Shown: positions 50,208-60,967, counted from the first letter of the stretch. The stretch: DNA of 64,000 nucleotides from an uncultured Muribaculaceae bacterium (GCA_964372145.1 CAYJPM010000002.1:364-64363); one strand, 5' to 3'. Program-made: numbers and translations. Notes: a model not told the origin generated them from the letters alone.

Positions 50208-50386
50208 TATGTTCATTCATCATATATAATTTTAAATTAGCACTGTTAATTTTCTTTTGCATTTCATTTATAAAAAAATCTATTCTCATTTTTATCACCA
50301 AATATATTATATCAGTATATTACTTATATTTACTGGATTCGACAAAATATATCAAATTATTTTACAGTATTTTTTAGAAATATAAA

Positions 50387-50414
50387 TGACTATTTTTAGA
50401 AAATATGCTATAAT
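50387..50414 (+). promoter_or_regulatory. sigma-A-like promoter of recU-ponA
   Basis: TGACTA-16 nt-TATAAT 18 nt upstream of the recU GTG. Confidence 0.45.
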
Positions 50415-50431
50415 TTATTATAGGTGATTTA

Positions 50432-50977
50432 GTGAAATACCCTAATAATATAAAAAAGGAAATAAAAAAAAATATAAATTATTCTAATAGAGGAATGGAT
50501 TTAGAATATCTTATTAATATCGCAAATGATTATTATTTAGAAAATGATATTGCTGTTATATATAAGAAACCTACTCCGATTGGAATAGTATCAACAAGTG
50601 GATCTAAGATTAATAATGCTTACTTTAAAGAAGCTTCTACTTTAGATTACAATGGGTTATATAAAGGAAAGTATGTAGAGTTTGATGCAAAAGTTACAAA
50701 AAATACTACTTCTTTTCCTCTTAATAATATACATAAACATCAATTAGAACATATGAATAAAATAATTAATCATAAAGGTATTACTTTTATAATACTTGAA
50801 ATGAATAACAATTTTTATTTAGTTAGTGGAAAATTATTAATAAATTATATTAATACATTTACTAGAAAAAGTATTCCATATGACTATATAGTAGAAAATT
50901 GTATTAATCTTAAATACAATTATTTAAAAGGAATAGATTACATAATTGGAATCAATAAATTAATGGAGGATTTTTAA
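50432..50977 (+). CDS. recU: Holliday junction resolvase RecU
   Basis: (V)KYPNN...YSNRGMDLE...AVIYKKPTPIGIV...DYNGLYKGKYVEFDAK matches B. subtilis RecU; GTG start; its stop overlaps the ponA ATG. Confidence 0.85.
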   Translation: MKYPNNIKKEIKKNINYSNRGMDLEYLINIANDYYLENDIAVIYKKPTPIGIVSTSGSKINNAYFKEASTLDYNGLYKGKYVEFDAKVTKNTTSFPLNNIHKHQLEHMNKIINHKGITFIILEMNNNFYLVSGKLLINYINTFTRKSIPYDYIVENCINLKYNYLKGIDYIIGINKLMEDF

Positions 50978-53535
50978 TGAAGAAATTAAAACTGAAAAAA
51001 ATTAAAATATTTAATAAGAAAAAAAGTGTAACTAAAAACACTAAGAAAAAAAGTAATAAAAATAAAATAGACTACAAGCATATTATAATATCAGGAATGC
51101 TAATTGGTGGTATTATACTTACTACTCTTGGTTTAGTATTTGCATTATATATTATAATTACTGCTCCTGATTTTAACACTCAACAGTTATACGAAAAAGA
51201 AGCAACTATCATATATGATTTAGACGGAAATGAAATGGTTCGTGTTGGTAAAGATAATATTGATCTTGTTACTTATGAGGAACTTCCTCAGGTATTAGTC
51301 GATGCTATAGTAGCTACTGAAGATTCAAGATTTTTTCAACATACTGGTTTAGATGCTGCAAGATTAGTAGCGGCTACCGTTGGTCAATTACTTGGTAATG
51401 ACGAAGCTGGTGGAGCATCTACTTTATCAATGCAAGTCATTAAGAATACATATACAAGTTCTGTAGCTACTGGTATTGATGGTTTAGTTAGAAAAGCTCA
51501 AGATATTTATATGTCTATATTTAAATTAGAAAATTCTTATACTAAAGAAGAAATCTTAGAGTTTTATGTTAATTCAATTTGGCTTGGTAATGATAATAAT
51601 GTAAACTATACAAGTATAACTGGTGTTGAACAAGGTTCACAGTATTATTTTGGAAAATCTGTATCAGAACTTAATTTAGCGGAAGCTTCGTTAATAGCTG
51701 GTATGTTTCAAAATCCATTTTATTTAAATCCTTATAATTATCCAGAAGATGCAAGAGATAGACAAGAAACAGTTCTTAATTTAATGGTAAGACATGGATA
51801 TATTACTGAAAATGAAAAAGATGCAGTACTTGCTATTCCAATTGAATCTATTCTTAAAGAAAAAGAAGAGTCTAGTATCAATTACTTCCAAGCATCAGTT
51901 GATTATATATTAGCTGAAGCAGAAGATAAAACTGGTTTAAATCCTTATACTACGCCGATGAAAATTTATTCAACTATAGATTTAGACGTTCAACAAATTT
52001 TAAGAGAATTAGAATCTGGCGAAAGTTACGAAATACCTGAAAGTTATGGTAATTTACAATTTGGTATAGCTATAACTAACATAGATGATGGTTCTATTTC
52101 AGCAATGAGTCCTGGTATTGATTATGTAGCACAAGGATCTAATAGAGCTACTATTAAACGTCAACCTGGATCTACCGCTAAACCTATATTTGATTACGGA
52201 CCTTATATTGAATATTTAAATGGTTCTCCTGGTACATACTTTTTAGATGAAGCTCACAGTTATACTAATGGAACAAGTATTAGAAACTGGGACAATAAAT
52301 TTGAAGGTATAATTAGTATGAGAGATGCATTAATTGATTCTAGAAATATACCTGCTTTAAAAGCATTTCAAGAAGTTAATGCTTATGATAGTTCATTAAT
52401 TCCAAACTTTGTTGAAAGTTTAGGTATTGATTATGGTGAAGCATTATACGAATCAGCTTCAATTGGTGGTTTCATGGGAGCTAGTCCTATTGAATTAAGT
52501 GCTGCCTATGCTGCATTTGGTAGAGGTGGATATTATATTGAACCATATTCAATCACAAGCATTACTTTAATTGAAAATGATGAAACAATTGATTATAAAT
52601 ACGAAAAAGAAAAAGTTATGAGTGAACAAACTGCTTACTTAATAACTGATATTTTAACTGAAACTGGTGGTTCTGGTTTATCAATAAGCGGAACTCAAAT
52701 AGCTACTAAAACTGGTACTACTACAATAGATGAAGAAGCTGGATATCCGTCATCTGCAATTATGGATGCATGGGTTGTAAGTTATAATCCAGAATATTCT
52801 TTTGCTACATGGATTGGTTATGATAAACTTAGTAAAGATTTATATTTAACAAGTGCTTTATCAAATCCTATAAGAAATGGTATTAGTAAAGCTGTGGGAT
52901 ATGATTTATATTCTAAAAATCAGACATTCGATAGACCTAGTGGTATAATTAGTGTTGAAGTTGAAAAGGATACTTTCCCTCTTCAATTACCTAGTGAATA
53001 TACTCCAGCGGATATGAGAGTTACTGAATTATTTAAATCTGGTACTGAACCTACTGATATATCTACTAGATATATAGGTCTGGAAAATCCTACCGATTTA
53101 AAAACTACATATGATGGAGTAAATATAAAATTAGATTGGACAAGTGTTGCTACTCCTGATGCTATTAATTCAGAATATTTAGCTAATTATTTTAATGAAT
53201 ATTTTGATAGTCATGCTACAACTTATTACGAACAAAGAATTAACTATAATACATCTTATATCGGAACTTTAGTTTATGATATATATCTTGATACTAATGG
53301 TACACTTACTCTACTTGGTTCTACTGATAAAACAACATACGATTATGTACCTACTGAGTTTGGTAAGGATTACAAATTTGTAGTAAAAACATCATATTCT
53401 TTATTTAAAGCTAGTAGTAGTTCAGGTGCTGTAGGCACTATAAATATACCTGGAGGTACAGGTTCTGATCCTGATACCGATACTGATACCGATACTGATA
53501 CTACTAATCCTGATGATACAACTACTACACCATAA
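50977..53535 (+). CDS. ponA: bifunctional class A penicillin-binding protein PBP1A
   Basis: GT51 motifs (EDSRFFQHTG, RKAQD), transpeptidase motifs STAKP, SRN and KTGT, N-terminal TM, 852 aa. Confidence 0.9.
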   Translation: MKKLKLKKIKIFNKKKSVTKNTKKKSNKNKIDYKHIIISGMLIGGIILTTLGLVFALYIIITAPDFNTQQLYEKEATIIYDLDGNEMVRVGKDNIDLVTYEELPQVLVDAIVATEDSRFFQHTGLDAARLVAATVGQLLGNDEAGGASTLSMQVIKNTYTSSVATGIDGLVRKAQDIYMSIFKLENSYTKEEILEFYVNSIWLGNDNNVNYTSITGVEQGSQYYFGKSVSELNLAEASLIAGMFQNPFYLNPYNYPEDARDRQETVLNLMVRHGYITENEKDAVLAIPIESILKEKEESSINYFQASVDYILAEAEDKTGLNPYTTPMKIYSTIDLDVQQILRELESGESYEIPESYGNLQFGIAITNIDDGSISAMSPGIDYVAQGSNRATIKRQPGSTAKPIFDYGPYIEYLNGSPGTYFLDEAHSYTNGTSIRNWDNKFEGIISMRDALIDSRNIPALKAFQEVNAYDSSLIPNFVESLGIDYGEALYESASIGGFMGASPIELSAAYAAFGRGGYYIEPYSITSITLIENDETIDYKYEKEKVMSEQTAYLITDILTETGGSGLSISGTQIATKTGTTTIDEEAGYPSSAIMDAWVVSYNPEYSFATWIGYDKLSKDLYLTSALSNPIRNGISKAVGYDLYSKNQTFDRPSGIISVEVEKDTFPLQLPSEYTPADMRVTELFKSGTEPTDISTRYIGLENPTDLKTTYDGVNIKLDWTSVATPDAINSEYLANYFNEYFDSHATTYYEQRINYNTSYIGTLVYDIYLDTNGTLTLLGSTDKTTYDYVPTEFGKDYKFVVKTSYSLFKASSSSGAVGTINIPGGTGSDPDTDTDTDTDTTNPDDTTTTP
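53467..53502 (+). repeat. short tandem (Asp-Thr) codon repeat at the ponA 3' end
   Basis: gataccgatactgataccgatactgatact encodes PDTDTDTDTDT. Confidence 0.6.
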
Positions 53536-53555
53536 AAAAATAGATTTATATAAAT

Positions 53556-54161
53556 CTATTTTTTTTTGCAATTATTTCTAAATAAACAATTTTCACAATC
53601 TTGTTTTTTTGCTTTACAAATATATCTTCCAAATAATACTAATTGGTCATTTACTCTATTCCATTTTTCTCTTGGAATGTTTTTCATTAACTTTTTTTCT
53701 ATTTTTAATATGTTATGTTCATTACTTACCAACCCTAATACATTAGATACTCTTTCTACATGTGTATCTACAGCTATAGTTGGTTCATTATATATATTAG
53801 CTAATACCACACTTACTGTCTTTCTACCAACACCAGGAAGTGTTTCTAAGTATTTTCTATCGTTTGGAACCATACCAGAGTAATCTCTTAATATAGCCTT
53901 ACTAATAGCTTTTATATATTCAGTTTTTCTACGAAATGTTCCTACTGGTCTAATTATATTTTCTATTACATTATTATCTAATTCACTTAATTCTTTTAAA
54001 TTATATTTAAATAGATTTTTTGTAACCATATTAACTCTTTTATCAGTTGATTGCGCTGATAACATAGTGGCAATTAATAATTCATAATCTTTATTATATT
54101 CTAGTTCACATATAGGATTAGGAAACATTTCATCTAATAATTTAAATAATTCATCATTCAT
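53556..54161 (-). CDS. nth: endonuclease III
   Basis: HhH-GPD (LPGVGRKTVSVVL), catalytic Lys and Asp, C-terminal C-x6-C-x2-C-x5-C Fe-S cluster. Confidence 0.9.
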   Translation of the reverse strand: MNDELFKLLDEMFPNPICELEYNKDYELLIATMLSAQSTDKRVNMVTKNLFKYNLKELSELDNNVIENIIRPVGTFRRKTEYIKAISKAILRDYSGMVPNDRKYLETLPGVGRKTVSVVLANIYNEPTIAVDTHVERVSNVLGLVSNEHNILKIEKKLMKNIPREKWNRVNDQLVLFGRYICKAKKQDCENCLFRNNCKKK

Positions 54162-54771
54162 TATCTAACCAATCAAAATTTAATATTGTTGTATCTGATA
54201 GTTTATCTTTTTCTTTATTTCTATTATTAATATCAGAAGGATTTTTAATACCTTTTTTATCCCATTCATAAAGTATCTTATCTATATACCTTAAATTTTT
54301 AACACCGTTATAACTTGCTTCATCTAAAGCAGCTTTTATTAATTCTTCAGATAATCCTTTTTCTAACCATGCTTTAATAACTTCATAATCCATGCCAGAT
54401 AGTGTTCTTCCAAATTCTGCTTCAAATAAACTAAATATGTCTTCATTTTTTTTCTTATTTTCAATATCTTTTAATTCTTTTTTTAATTTATTATAAAAAT
54501 TATCTAGAGATATTTTTTCTACTAATTTATTATTAATATCTTTACTTACTTCCACTGTAATTAGATTTTTTTCTACTAAAGTAGCAAAAGATATCATAAT
54601 ATCATCTTCTGGTAACTTAGTATATTTTTTTATTAATTCTATATCTAAAATTAACTCATCTGCGTTATCAAAATAAGTTACAAGCAAAAACTCATTAAGA
54701 GTTAATTTATATTCTAAAGAACTCTTAATTAAGTTAGTATCAATTACAAATCTTTTGTTATCCTTATTCAT
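54154..54771 (-). CDS. dnaD: DnaD-domain replication protein
   Basis: C-terminal DnaD-like domain (YEVIKAWLEKGLSEELIKAALDEASYNG...YIDKILYEWDKKGIK); dnaD-nth synteny. Confidence 0.7.
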   Translation of the reverse strand: MNKDNKRFVIDTNLIKSSLEYKLTLNEFLLVTYFDNADELILDIELIKKYTKLPEDDIMISFATLVEKNLITVEVSKDINNKLVEKISLDNFYNKLKKELKDIENKKKNEDIFSLFEAEFGRTLSGMDYEVIKAWLEKGLSEELIKAALDEASYNGVKNLRYIDKILYEWDKKGIKNPSDINNRNKEKDKLSDTTILNFDWLDNE

Positions 54772-54775
54772 TTAA

Positions 54776-55849
54776 TTATTTCCTATTCTTTAAATAATTT
54801 ATTATTTTTTCTTTTTTATTTATCAATTTTTTTTCTAGTATTAATTTTATTAATTCTTCTTTAATAATTTTAATTTCTTTTGATGGATTAATATTTAGTA
54901 TTTCCATTATTTCCTCGGATGTAATATCAAGAATTTTTACTTCATTAACTCCCATATTATTATACATCTTATATATATCTTTTTTAGAATATCCTAATAT
55001 TTCTCCAGTTACCATACATAAATATAAACCATATTTATAAAGTGTATTTTCACTTATTATACCATCTTTAATTATTTGGCGCATTTTTATTATATTATTA
55101 CTTTCTGATTTTGTAAATAATTTGTTATCACATTTAATTTGACTCCACATAATTAGTAAATCATTTGAGTACTTAATATCTGTATATGAAATATTTAATT
55201 CTTCTAATAAATGAAGTTCTTTTAGTAAATTTAAACCATACATATAATTTTTTGTTAGTAATATTTTATTTAATTCTAATCTAACTCTTTCATTTGATAA
55301 TGTTTTAACTAAATGTCTATATTTATATAATGTGTTTTTTAATTCATCATCAATATTAAAATTTAAAGTACATGCAAATCTTACTGCTCTTAATATTCTT
55401 AATGGATCTTCGATAACTTTGTTATCACAGTCTCCAAGCATCTTTATCATTCTCGATTTAATATCTTCTTTACCGTTTAATAAATCAATTATTTTACCTT
55501 TAGTATTCATACAAAGTGTATTCATAGTAAAATCTCTTCTTTTTAAATCTTCTAATAAATTATTAATATATTTTATTTCAGTAGGTTTTCTACCTTCATA
55601 TCTTAATTCTTTTCTGTAAGTTGTAATATCTATGTTAAAGTCCTTTATATTAAAATTAAATCCACCGTATTCATTACTGGATGTGTGTGGGAATATACTG
55701 TGTAAGTCTTTTGGCAATGCATTTGTACATATGTCTATGTCATATGAGACTTTACCTAAAACTTTGTCTCTGACATATCCACCTACTATATATGCTTCAT
55801 ACCCTTCTCTTTCTAATTTTAATAATATTTTTTTAATTTCTTTATTCAT
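54776..55849 (-). CDS. cca: CCA tRNA nucleotidyltransferase
   Basis: Pol-beta NTase head GGYVRD...DIDI; GGAGG RBS before the ATG at 55849. Confidence 0.8.
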   Translation of the reverse strand: MNKEIKKILLKLEREGYEAYIVGGYVRDKVLGKVSYDIDICTNALPKDLHSIFPHTSSNEYGGFNFNIKDFNIDITTYRKELRYEGRKPTEIKYINNLLEDLKRRDFTMNTLCMNTKGKIIDLLNGKEDIKSRMIKMLGDCDNKVIEDPLRILRAVRFACTLNFNIDDELKNTLYKYRHLVKTLSNERVRLELNKILLTKNYMYGLNLLKELHLLEELNISYTDIKYSNDLLIMWSQIKCDNKLFTKSESNNIIKMRQIIKDGIISENTLYKYGLYLCMVTGEILGYSKKDIYKMYNNMGVNEVKILDITSEEIMEILNINPSKEIKIIKEELIKLILEKKLINKKEKIINYLKNRK

Positions 55850-55904
55850 ATTATCTCCTTCCATAATTATAACATAACTTAAAAAAACAAACACTAAGTT
55901 TGTT

Positions 55905-57152
55905 TTAAATCGAATCTTTTTGCTTATATAATTTTATTAAACTTTTTAAATTCATTTTACTTCCATTATTAAGTATAGCGTTAGAATATATTCTTATTGA
56001 AATATACGCTATAAATATAATTGTTATAATTAATATTCCAATTGATATTAGTACATCAGTAGTAGAAGCTAATCCCATAAAATATCTTGACGGCATTGAA
56101 AACATCGATGATATTGGTACATATGAGGCAACTACATTAAGTATTGATGATGGTGTTAATAATGTAAAGTATCCTAAGTAAAATCCTAAAACTACTACTA
56201 AGTTTACTGGTGTATTAACTATGTTTACATCTTCTAACCTGTTTACCATAGCGCCAGATAATGCAAATAAGAATGAAAACAATAAATATCCAAGTACAAA
56301 GTATATAAAACTTATAAAAGCCATTGATATACTTATTTCACCTAATATTGTATTTACTATTTCAGTTGGTAAAAATATTTGAGCTCCTACTAACAAGAAT
56401 ATTATTATTGCTAGTATCTGACAGATTCCTAATAAACCTACTCCGATAGTTTTACCTAATATTATATCTTTGCTACTAGTAGATGTTAATAGTGTTTCAA
56501 CTATTTTAGAAGTTTTTTCTGTAGTAACTGCTCCAGATACTTGATATGCAAATAAATATATTCCCATAAATAATATTAATGATAAAATTGTTCCAATACT
56601 AGTATCAGTACCTGTAGCCTCTAATTCATTTCCTATTTTTACTACTTCTAAATTGAATATAGGATTTATACTTGCTAATTCATTAGCGTCTAAATTTAAT
56701 TTCTCTAAATTAATTGTTTTATATAACTCTTCAATACTGTACATTAATGTTTCAGCACTAAAACTTGGTTCATTACTTTTTGAAGTATATTTAATATCTA
56801 TTTGATTATCATAAGATCCATTAGTTAATTCTATTATATAATCATATCCATCTTCTTCAATTAACGCTAATTTTTCATCTGCAGTATAATTATTTATAGA
56901 AGTTTCAAACTCTACACTTTGATTATATTCTTCTATTTCTGTATATCTATTTTCTAATACATAATTTGTATCAATTATTAACGCTTTATCTATAAAAGTT
57001 TCTGTTAAATCAACTTCAAAAATTTTAAGTATATTACCTATATTTAATAATCCTAGTAATACTATAAATATAATTATATTAGTTATTATAAAAGCTTTCT
57101 TTTTTACTAGTTCTATAACAGTAAATTTACCAACTTCAAACATATTCTTCAT
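55905..57152 (-). CDS. ABC-2 type transporter permease
   Basis: N-terminal TM, large extracytoplasmic loop and five C-terminal TM helices. GGAGGT RBS. Its ATG overlaps the stop of the out-of-frame ATPase C-terminal piece. Confidence 0.65.
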   Translation of the reverse strand: MKNMFEVGKFTVIELVKKKAFIITNIIIFIVLLGLLNIGNILKIFEVDLTETFIDKALIIDTNYVLENRYTEIEEYNQSVEFETSINNYTADEKLALIEEDGYDYIIELTNGSYDNQIDIKYTSKSNEPSFSAETLMYSIEELYKTINLEKLNLDANELASINPIFNLEVVKIGNELEATGTDTSIGTILSLILFMGIYLFAYQVSGAVTTEKTSKIVETLLTSTSSKDIILGKTIGVGLLGICQILAIIIFLLVGAQIFLPTEIVNTILGEISISMAFISFIYFVLGYLLFSFLFALSGAMVNRLEDVNIVNTPVNLVVVLGFYLGYFTLLTPSSILNVVASYVPISSMFSMPSRYFMGLASTTDVLISIGILIITIIFIAYISIRIYSNAILNNGSKMNLKSLIKLYKQKDSI

Positions 57153-57299
57153 TATAATTTACCTCCATTTACTTTTTCTATAAATATATCATGTAAACTA
57201 GGTTTTTTTATTTCAAATTTACTAATTTTTATTTTATTTTTCATTAATTCTTTTAATATAATTTCTGAATCTTTATCAGAAGTTATTTCTATAATATAA

Positions 57300-58016
57300 T
57301 TATTTTAATATATCTTTTAAATTATCTTTAGTATTAACTATAATTTCTTTAGCTTCATATTCATTTTGTATTTCATCTAAATTACCTTGCAGTAATGTTA
57401 CTCCTCTATTAAGAAGTAATATATCCGTGCAGAATTCTTCAATCGCATCCATTTGATGTGATGACATAATTATATATTTTTTCTTTTCTACAAGCTCTAA
57501 AACAACGTTTTTAAGTAATTCAGTATTAACTGGGTCAAGACCACTAAAAGGTTCATCTAGCACTATTAAATCAGGATTGTGAATTATTGCAATTATAAAT
57601 TGTATTTTTTGTTGATTACCTTTAGATAAAGTTTCGGCTTTTACATTTTTATATTCTTCTACTTCTAATCTTTTAAACCAGTAATTAATTTCCTTATCTA
57701 TTTTTTCTTGTTTCATTCCTTTAAGTTTTGCAAAATATACTATTTGATCATATATTTTAGTTTTAGGATATAAACCTCTTTCTTCTGGTAAATACCCAAA
57801 ATTAACTGTTTTTCTGGAAACTTCTTTATTATTCCATAATATATCTCCAGAATCTTTTTTTAATATTCCTAAAATCATTCTTATTGTCGTTGTTTTTCCT
57901 GCACCATTCGTTCCAAGTAAACCATATACACCTGGCTTAGTAATTTCAAAATTTATATTATCTACTACTTTTTTAGAACCATAATTTTTATTAACATTTT
58001 TTATTATTAAACTCAT
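57300..58016 (-). CDS. ABC transporter ATP-binding protein (C-terminal domain displaced into another frame)
   Basis: Walker A GTNGAGKTT, signature LSKGNQQK, Walker B IVLDEP. The ORF stops at 57300, and the expected C-terminal domain (IIEITSDKD...PSLHDIFIEKVNGGKL) reads in another frame from 57158 to 57298. Confidence 0.8.
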   Translation of the reverse strand: MSLIIKNVNKNYGSKKVVDNINFEITKPGVYGLLGTNGAGKTTTIRMILGILKKDSGDILWNNKEVSRKTVNFGYLPEERGLYPKTKIYDQIVYFAKLKGMKQEKIDKEINYWFKRLEVEEYKNVKAETLSKGNQQKIQFIIAIIHNPDLIVLDEPFSGLDPVNTELLKNVVLELVEKKKYIIMSSHQMDAIEEFCTDILLLNRGVTLLQGNLDEIQNEYEAKEIIVNTKDNLKDILK

Positions 58017-58107
58017 AATTTATTCCCTTCTAAAATTATTATAACATAATATTGATAAAATTCATCAACTATGTTAAAATATATCACATAAAAAGCAAGG
58101 GGATAAT

Positions 58108-58533
58108 ATGTACGAAGAATACAATGAAATTAATATTAATTGGTTACAAATTTTATTAAAATTATGTTTAATTTTAGTAATTATATTAGTTGTTGGCTAT
58201 ATTATAAATAGAACTATTATAAATGATAAACCTGAAGTAATTAATGATACTTATAATAATAATTTTGCTTTACTTGAATCTATTTCACTTGATTATTATA
58301 TGGATAATAATTTACCTAATAATCTTAATGAATCTTTAGAAATATCTCTTAATGATTTAATAGATTTAGGACTAATAGAAAAAGCTTCATTTGAAGTAAA
58401 TAGTTGTAGTTTAGATAATAGCCATTCTAAAATAACTTATATTGGTAATAATCAGTATAATATTAAAGTTTCACTTGATTGTTTAAATAATACTGAATAC
58501 ACTATTGAAACTATTACTATTAATGATTTATAG
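58108..58533 (+). CDS. hypothetical membrane-anchored protein
   Basis: 141 aa with a single TM at residues 13-33 and an Asn-rich ectodomain with 3 Cys. Confidence 0.4.
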   Translation: MYEEYNEININWLQILLKLCLILVIILVVGYIINRTIINDKPEVINDTYNNNFALLESISLDYYMDNNLPNNLNESLEISLNDLIDLGLIEKASFEVNSCSLDNSHSKITYIGNNQYNIKVSLDCLNNTEYTIETITINDL

Positions 58534-58565
58534 CATAAAAAAATATATCTTTAAGATATATTTTT

Positions 58566-58967
58566 TTAATTACTGTTATCGTTAACTGTTGATGTATTAC
58601 ATACATTTGGATTATCTATACAATAATCGTTTCTTGTTTCTACACAATTACCTGGATTAGCTACACAAGATGAACATACTTGATAATCATTTTCATTTTC
58701 ATCAAATCCACTTAATATTCCAAAAGCAACATTTACTATAGTTGGTATAAAGAATATTACCACACCTGCAATAAATCTTCTTAATAAAGAACTAGTTGCA
58801 TTTTTAATTTCTTTTTCATCACTTGATACTACAGCTTTACCTAAATCTACAGCTCCCATTATAATTATAATAACTGGTATAACAATTTTGAATACTGTCA
58901 TTATTTGTCCTACAAATTCCCAAACTTCATAAGTATCGGCACAAAAACCTATATCCATAATATACAC
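58566..58967 (-). CDS. pilin-like membrane protein with Cys-rich C-terminal module (third member of the Cys-knob family)
   Basis: Two hydrophobic helices followed by YQVCSSCVANPGNCVETRNDYCIDNPNVC, homologous to the C-termini of the two Flp-like pilins. Confidence 0.4.
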   Translation of the reverse strand: MYIMDIGFCADTYEVWEFVGQIMTVFKIVIPVIIIIMGAVDLGKAVVSSDEKEIKNATSSLLRRFIAGVVIFFIPTIVNVAFGILSGFDENENDYQVCSSCVANPGNCVETRNDYCIDNPNVCNTSTVNDNSN

Positions 58968-59015
58968 TCCTTCTCTTTATACTTTTATTTTACATAAGTT
59001 TAACATATAAGTCAA

Positions 59016-60008
59016 CTAAAATATAGAAAATATACCATTATTTGACGATGTTTCACTTACTCTAGTAAATCCTAAATTAATAAGTAAATTTATTATAATT
59101 TCATCTTTATCTAACTTGTCATCTACGTATGGTAAATTATAAAATATTTTACTGTTACTTTCTTTTTCAAAATCTTCAACATCTTTTAAACTTAATACGC
59201 TTTTATTTAACATTATTTTTTTACCATTTAATTTAGTAAATATTTTACTATCTTTATTAATCAGTTTATTAAGTTTAATTAAACCAGGCTCAATTAAATA
59301 TAGTACATCTGTACAAATATCTTCGTTACTTTCATTTAAATCTAATATAATTACTTCTTTATCACTATTCATAGTAATAGAATTATTTAAGTTATCACTA
59401 GTTATACTTTCTAAATTTTTATCACTAAAATACATAAAATCATTATTATTTACTTCAAATGTTTTAACTTTATAAGTTTTTTCTATATTTTTGGTCATTA
59501 AATATGCAAGTGTTGTAGCTCCTGCATGACTTGTAATATTTTTTATACCTATTATTCTTTGACCAATAAATCCTTCAGTTTCTTGTTTCTCAACTTTATC
59601 ATTAAACCCAATTAAAGGTGATGTTCCATCTAATTGTTGATATTTTGCTACATCTTTATAAGTATTAGGATTTTCAAGTAAGAAAATAACTGTATCAGCT
59701 TTTTTAGTGAAATTATATATTCCCATAGATACTAATTGTGATAAATACATTGGTGAATTAACTTTTTCAGAGTCATTTAATAAAAGTATTACATTAGTCA
59801 TATCTATATTCATTGATAGTTCTTGTATTGATTTTATATCATCATAATTTTTTATAGCAGTTATATCTAAAATCATTTTATTATAGAAAAAATTACTGAA
59901 CTGAAGAACCAATTCATTAACATTAAATTCTCCATTTAATGTTTTAATTACATCTATATCAAGTGATCCTAGTAAATTTTGATATTTGTTTGAAACTATT
60001 ACATTCAT
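59016..60008 (-). CDS. TadZ/CpaE-like pilus-assembly protein (degenerate ParA/MinD ATPase)
   Basis: IIGIKNITSHAGATTLAYLM sits at the deviant Walker A position (TadZ: KGGVGATTLA); N-terminal receiver-like region. Confidence 0.45.
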   Translation of the reverse strand: MNVIVSNKYQNLLGSLDIDVIKTLNGEFNVNELVLQFSNFFYNKMILDITAIKNYDDIKSIQELSMNIDMTNVILLLNDSEKVNSPMYLSQLVSMGIYNFTKKADTVIFLLENPNTYKDVAKYQQLDGTSPLIGFNDKVEKQETEGFIGQRIIGIKNITSHAGATTLAYLMTKNIEKTYKVKTFEVNNNDFMYFSDKNLESITSDNLNNSITMNSDKEVIILDLNESNEDICTDVLYLIEPGLIKLNKLINKDSKIFTKLNGKKIMLNKSVLSLKDVEDFEKESNSKIFYNLPYVDDKLDKDEIIINLLINLGFTRVSETSSNNGIFSIF

Positions 60009-60023
60009 TTTATTTTCTCCTTT

Positions 60024-60470
60024 TTATTTATTTAAACCATTCGTGTTTGGGAAATTTATATTATTTGTTTCACCATTTATATTAAATGTAGTAAAATTAC
60101 CTAAAAATGGTAAGCCAAATTCATAAAATAGTATTATTTCGAATCTTTTTTCATCTTGTATTACACAGTAATAATATTCTTCACTAGATGAAGCTAATGA
60201 TATTTTACCAGTATCTGTTAAACTATTAGCTCCATAATACCCTTCTGGACACTGTCCTTTTGCGTTATAATTATTTGAAGTTAAATAGTTATTGATTATT
60301 ATTTTAGAATCTAATGTGTATCCTTCATATTTTTCTAACATTGTCACTACTTCATTTCTTAAAGCAAATGCTTCTGAATAATTAAGAGCTAGTGTTAAAA
60401 AGGCTGTAAATAAAAATATAAATGTTACTACTAAACCAAATATCCAAGTGGTACCGGTTGCTTCTCTCAT
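60024..60470 (-). CDS. TadE-like pseudopilin
   Basis: MREATG leader, hydrophobic TWIFGLVVTFIFLFTAFL, 148 aa. Confidence 0.5.
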   Translation of the reverse strand: MREATGTTWIFGLVVTFIFLFTAFLTLALNYSEAFALRNEVVTMLEKYEGYTLDSKIIINNYLTSNNYNAKGQCPEGYYGANSLTDTGKISLASSSEEYYYCVIQDEKRFEIILFYEFGLPFLGNFTTFNINGETNNINFPNTNGLNK

Positions 60471-60482
60471 ACTTTATCTCCT

Positions 60483-60962
60483 TTAATTACTACAATATCC
60501 GTATAACTGTTTTGTTTCACCTGTTAAGTGAAATTCAAATACTTCTCTTATTACAGGAACATCTAGTTTGTAAAATACCATTACAGTATAGTAACAACTA
60601 TTATTGTTATTACCATCTAAACTTCCTGATTCATTTTTTATATTTAATGTTTCTTTTATACAGATAGAAGACTGTCCAGGATTTGAGTTAAGTTCACCAT
60701 TTCTGTCAAAACCAACGTATCCTTCTTCTGGACAAGTCCCTACTGATCTATATGATGCATCTAAAAATTCATCTACTATTTCTTGTGGAAGTTGATTTGT
60801 TCTTATATCTATTCCATTTAGATCTTCAATCGCAGTAACAATATTATCTTTAACAGTATATGCTTTAGATCTATTAATAGTTATTGTCATAATACCTGTA
60901 AAAAGTAATATAAATAAAATAACTATATTAAATAAGGCTACGCCTCCTATTGATTCTTTCAC
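60483..60962 (-). CDS. TadE-like pseudopilin
   Basis: MKESIG leader, GVALFNIVILFILLFTGIM, 159 aa. Confidence 0.5.
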   Translation of the reverse strand: MKESIGGVALFNIVILFILLFTGIMTITINRSKAYTVKDNIVTAIEDLNGIDIRTNQLPQEIVDEFLDASYRSVGTCPEEGYVGFDRNGELNSNPGQSSICIKETLNIKNESGSLDGNNNNSCYYTVMVFYKLDVPVIREVFEFHLTGETKQLYGYCSN

Positions 60963-60967
60963 TTATA

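Noticed and set aside
50154-50294. 47-aa minus-strand ORF upstream of gpsB
   Set aside because: Its 3' half is the TTGACA-18-TATAAT promoter and RBS of gpsB; no own RBS.
58566-58967. Possibility that this ORF is the missing A24 prepilin peptidase (GAVDLGK resembling GGGDVKL)
   Set aside because: Motif order and spacing do not fit the A24 family. The Cys-rich C-terminus is homologous to the adjacent pilins, so it is better explained as a pilin-like paralog.
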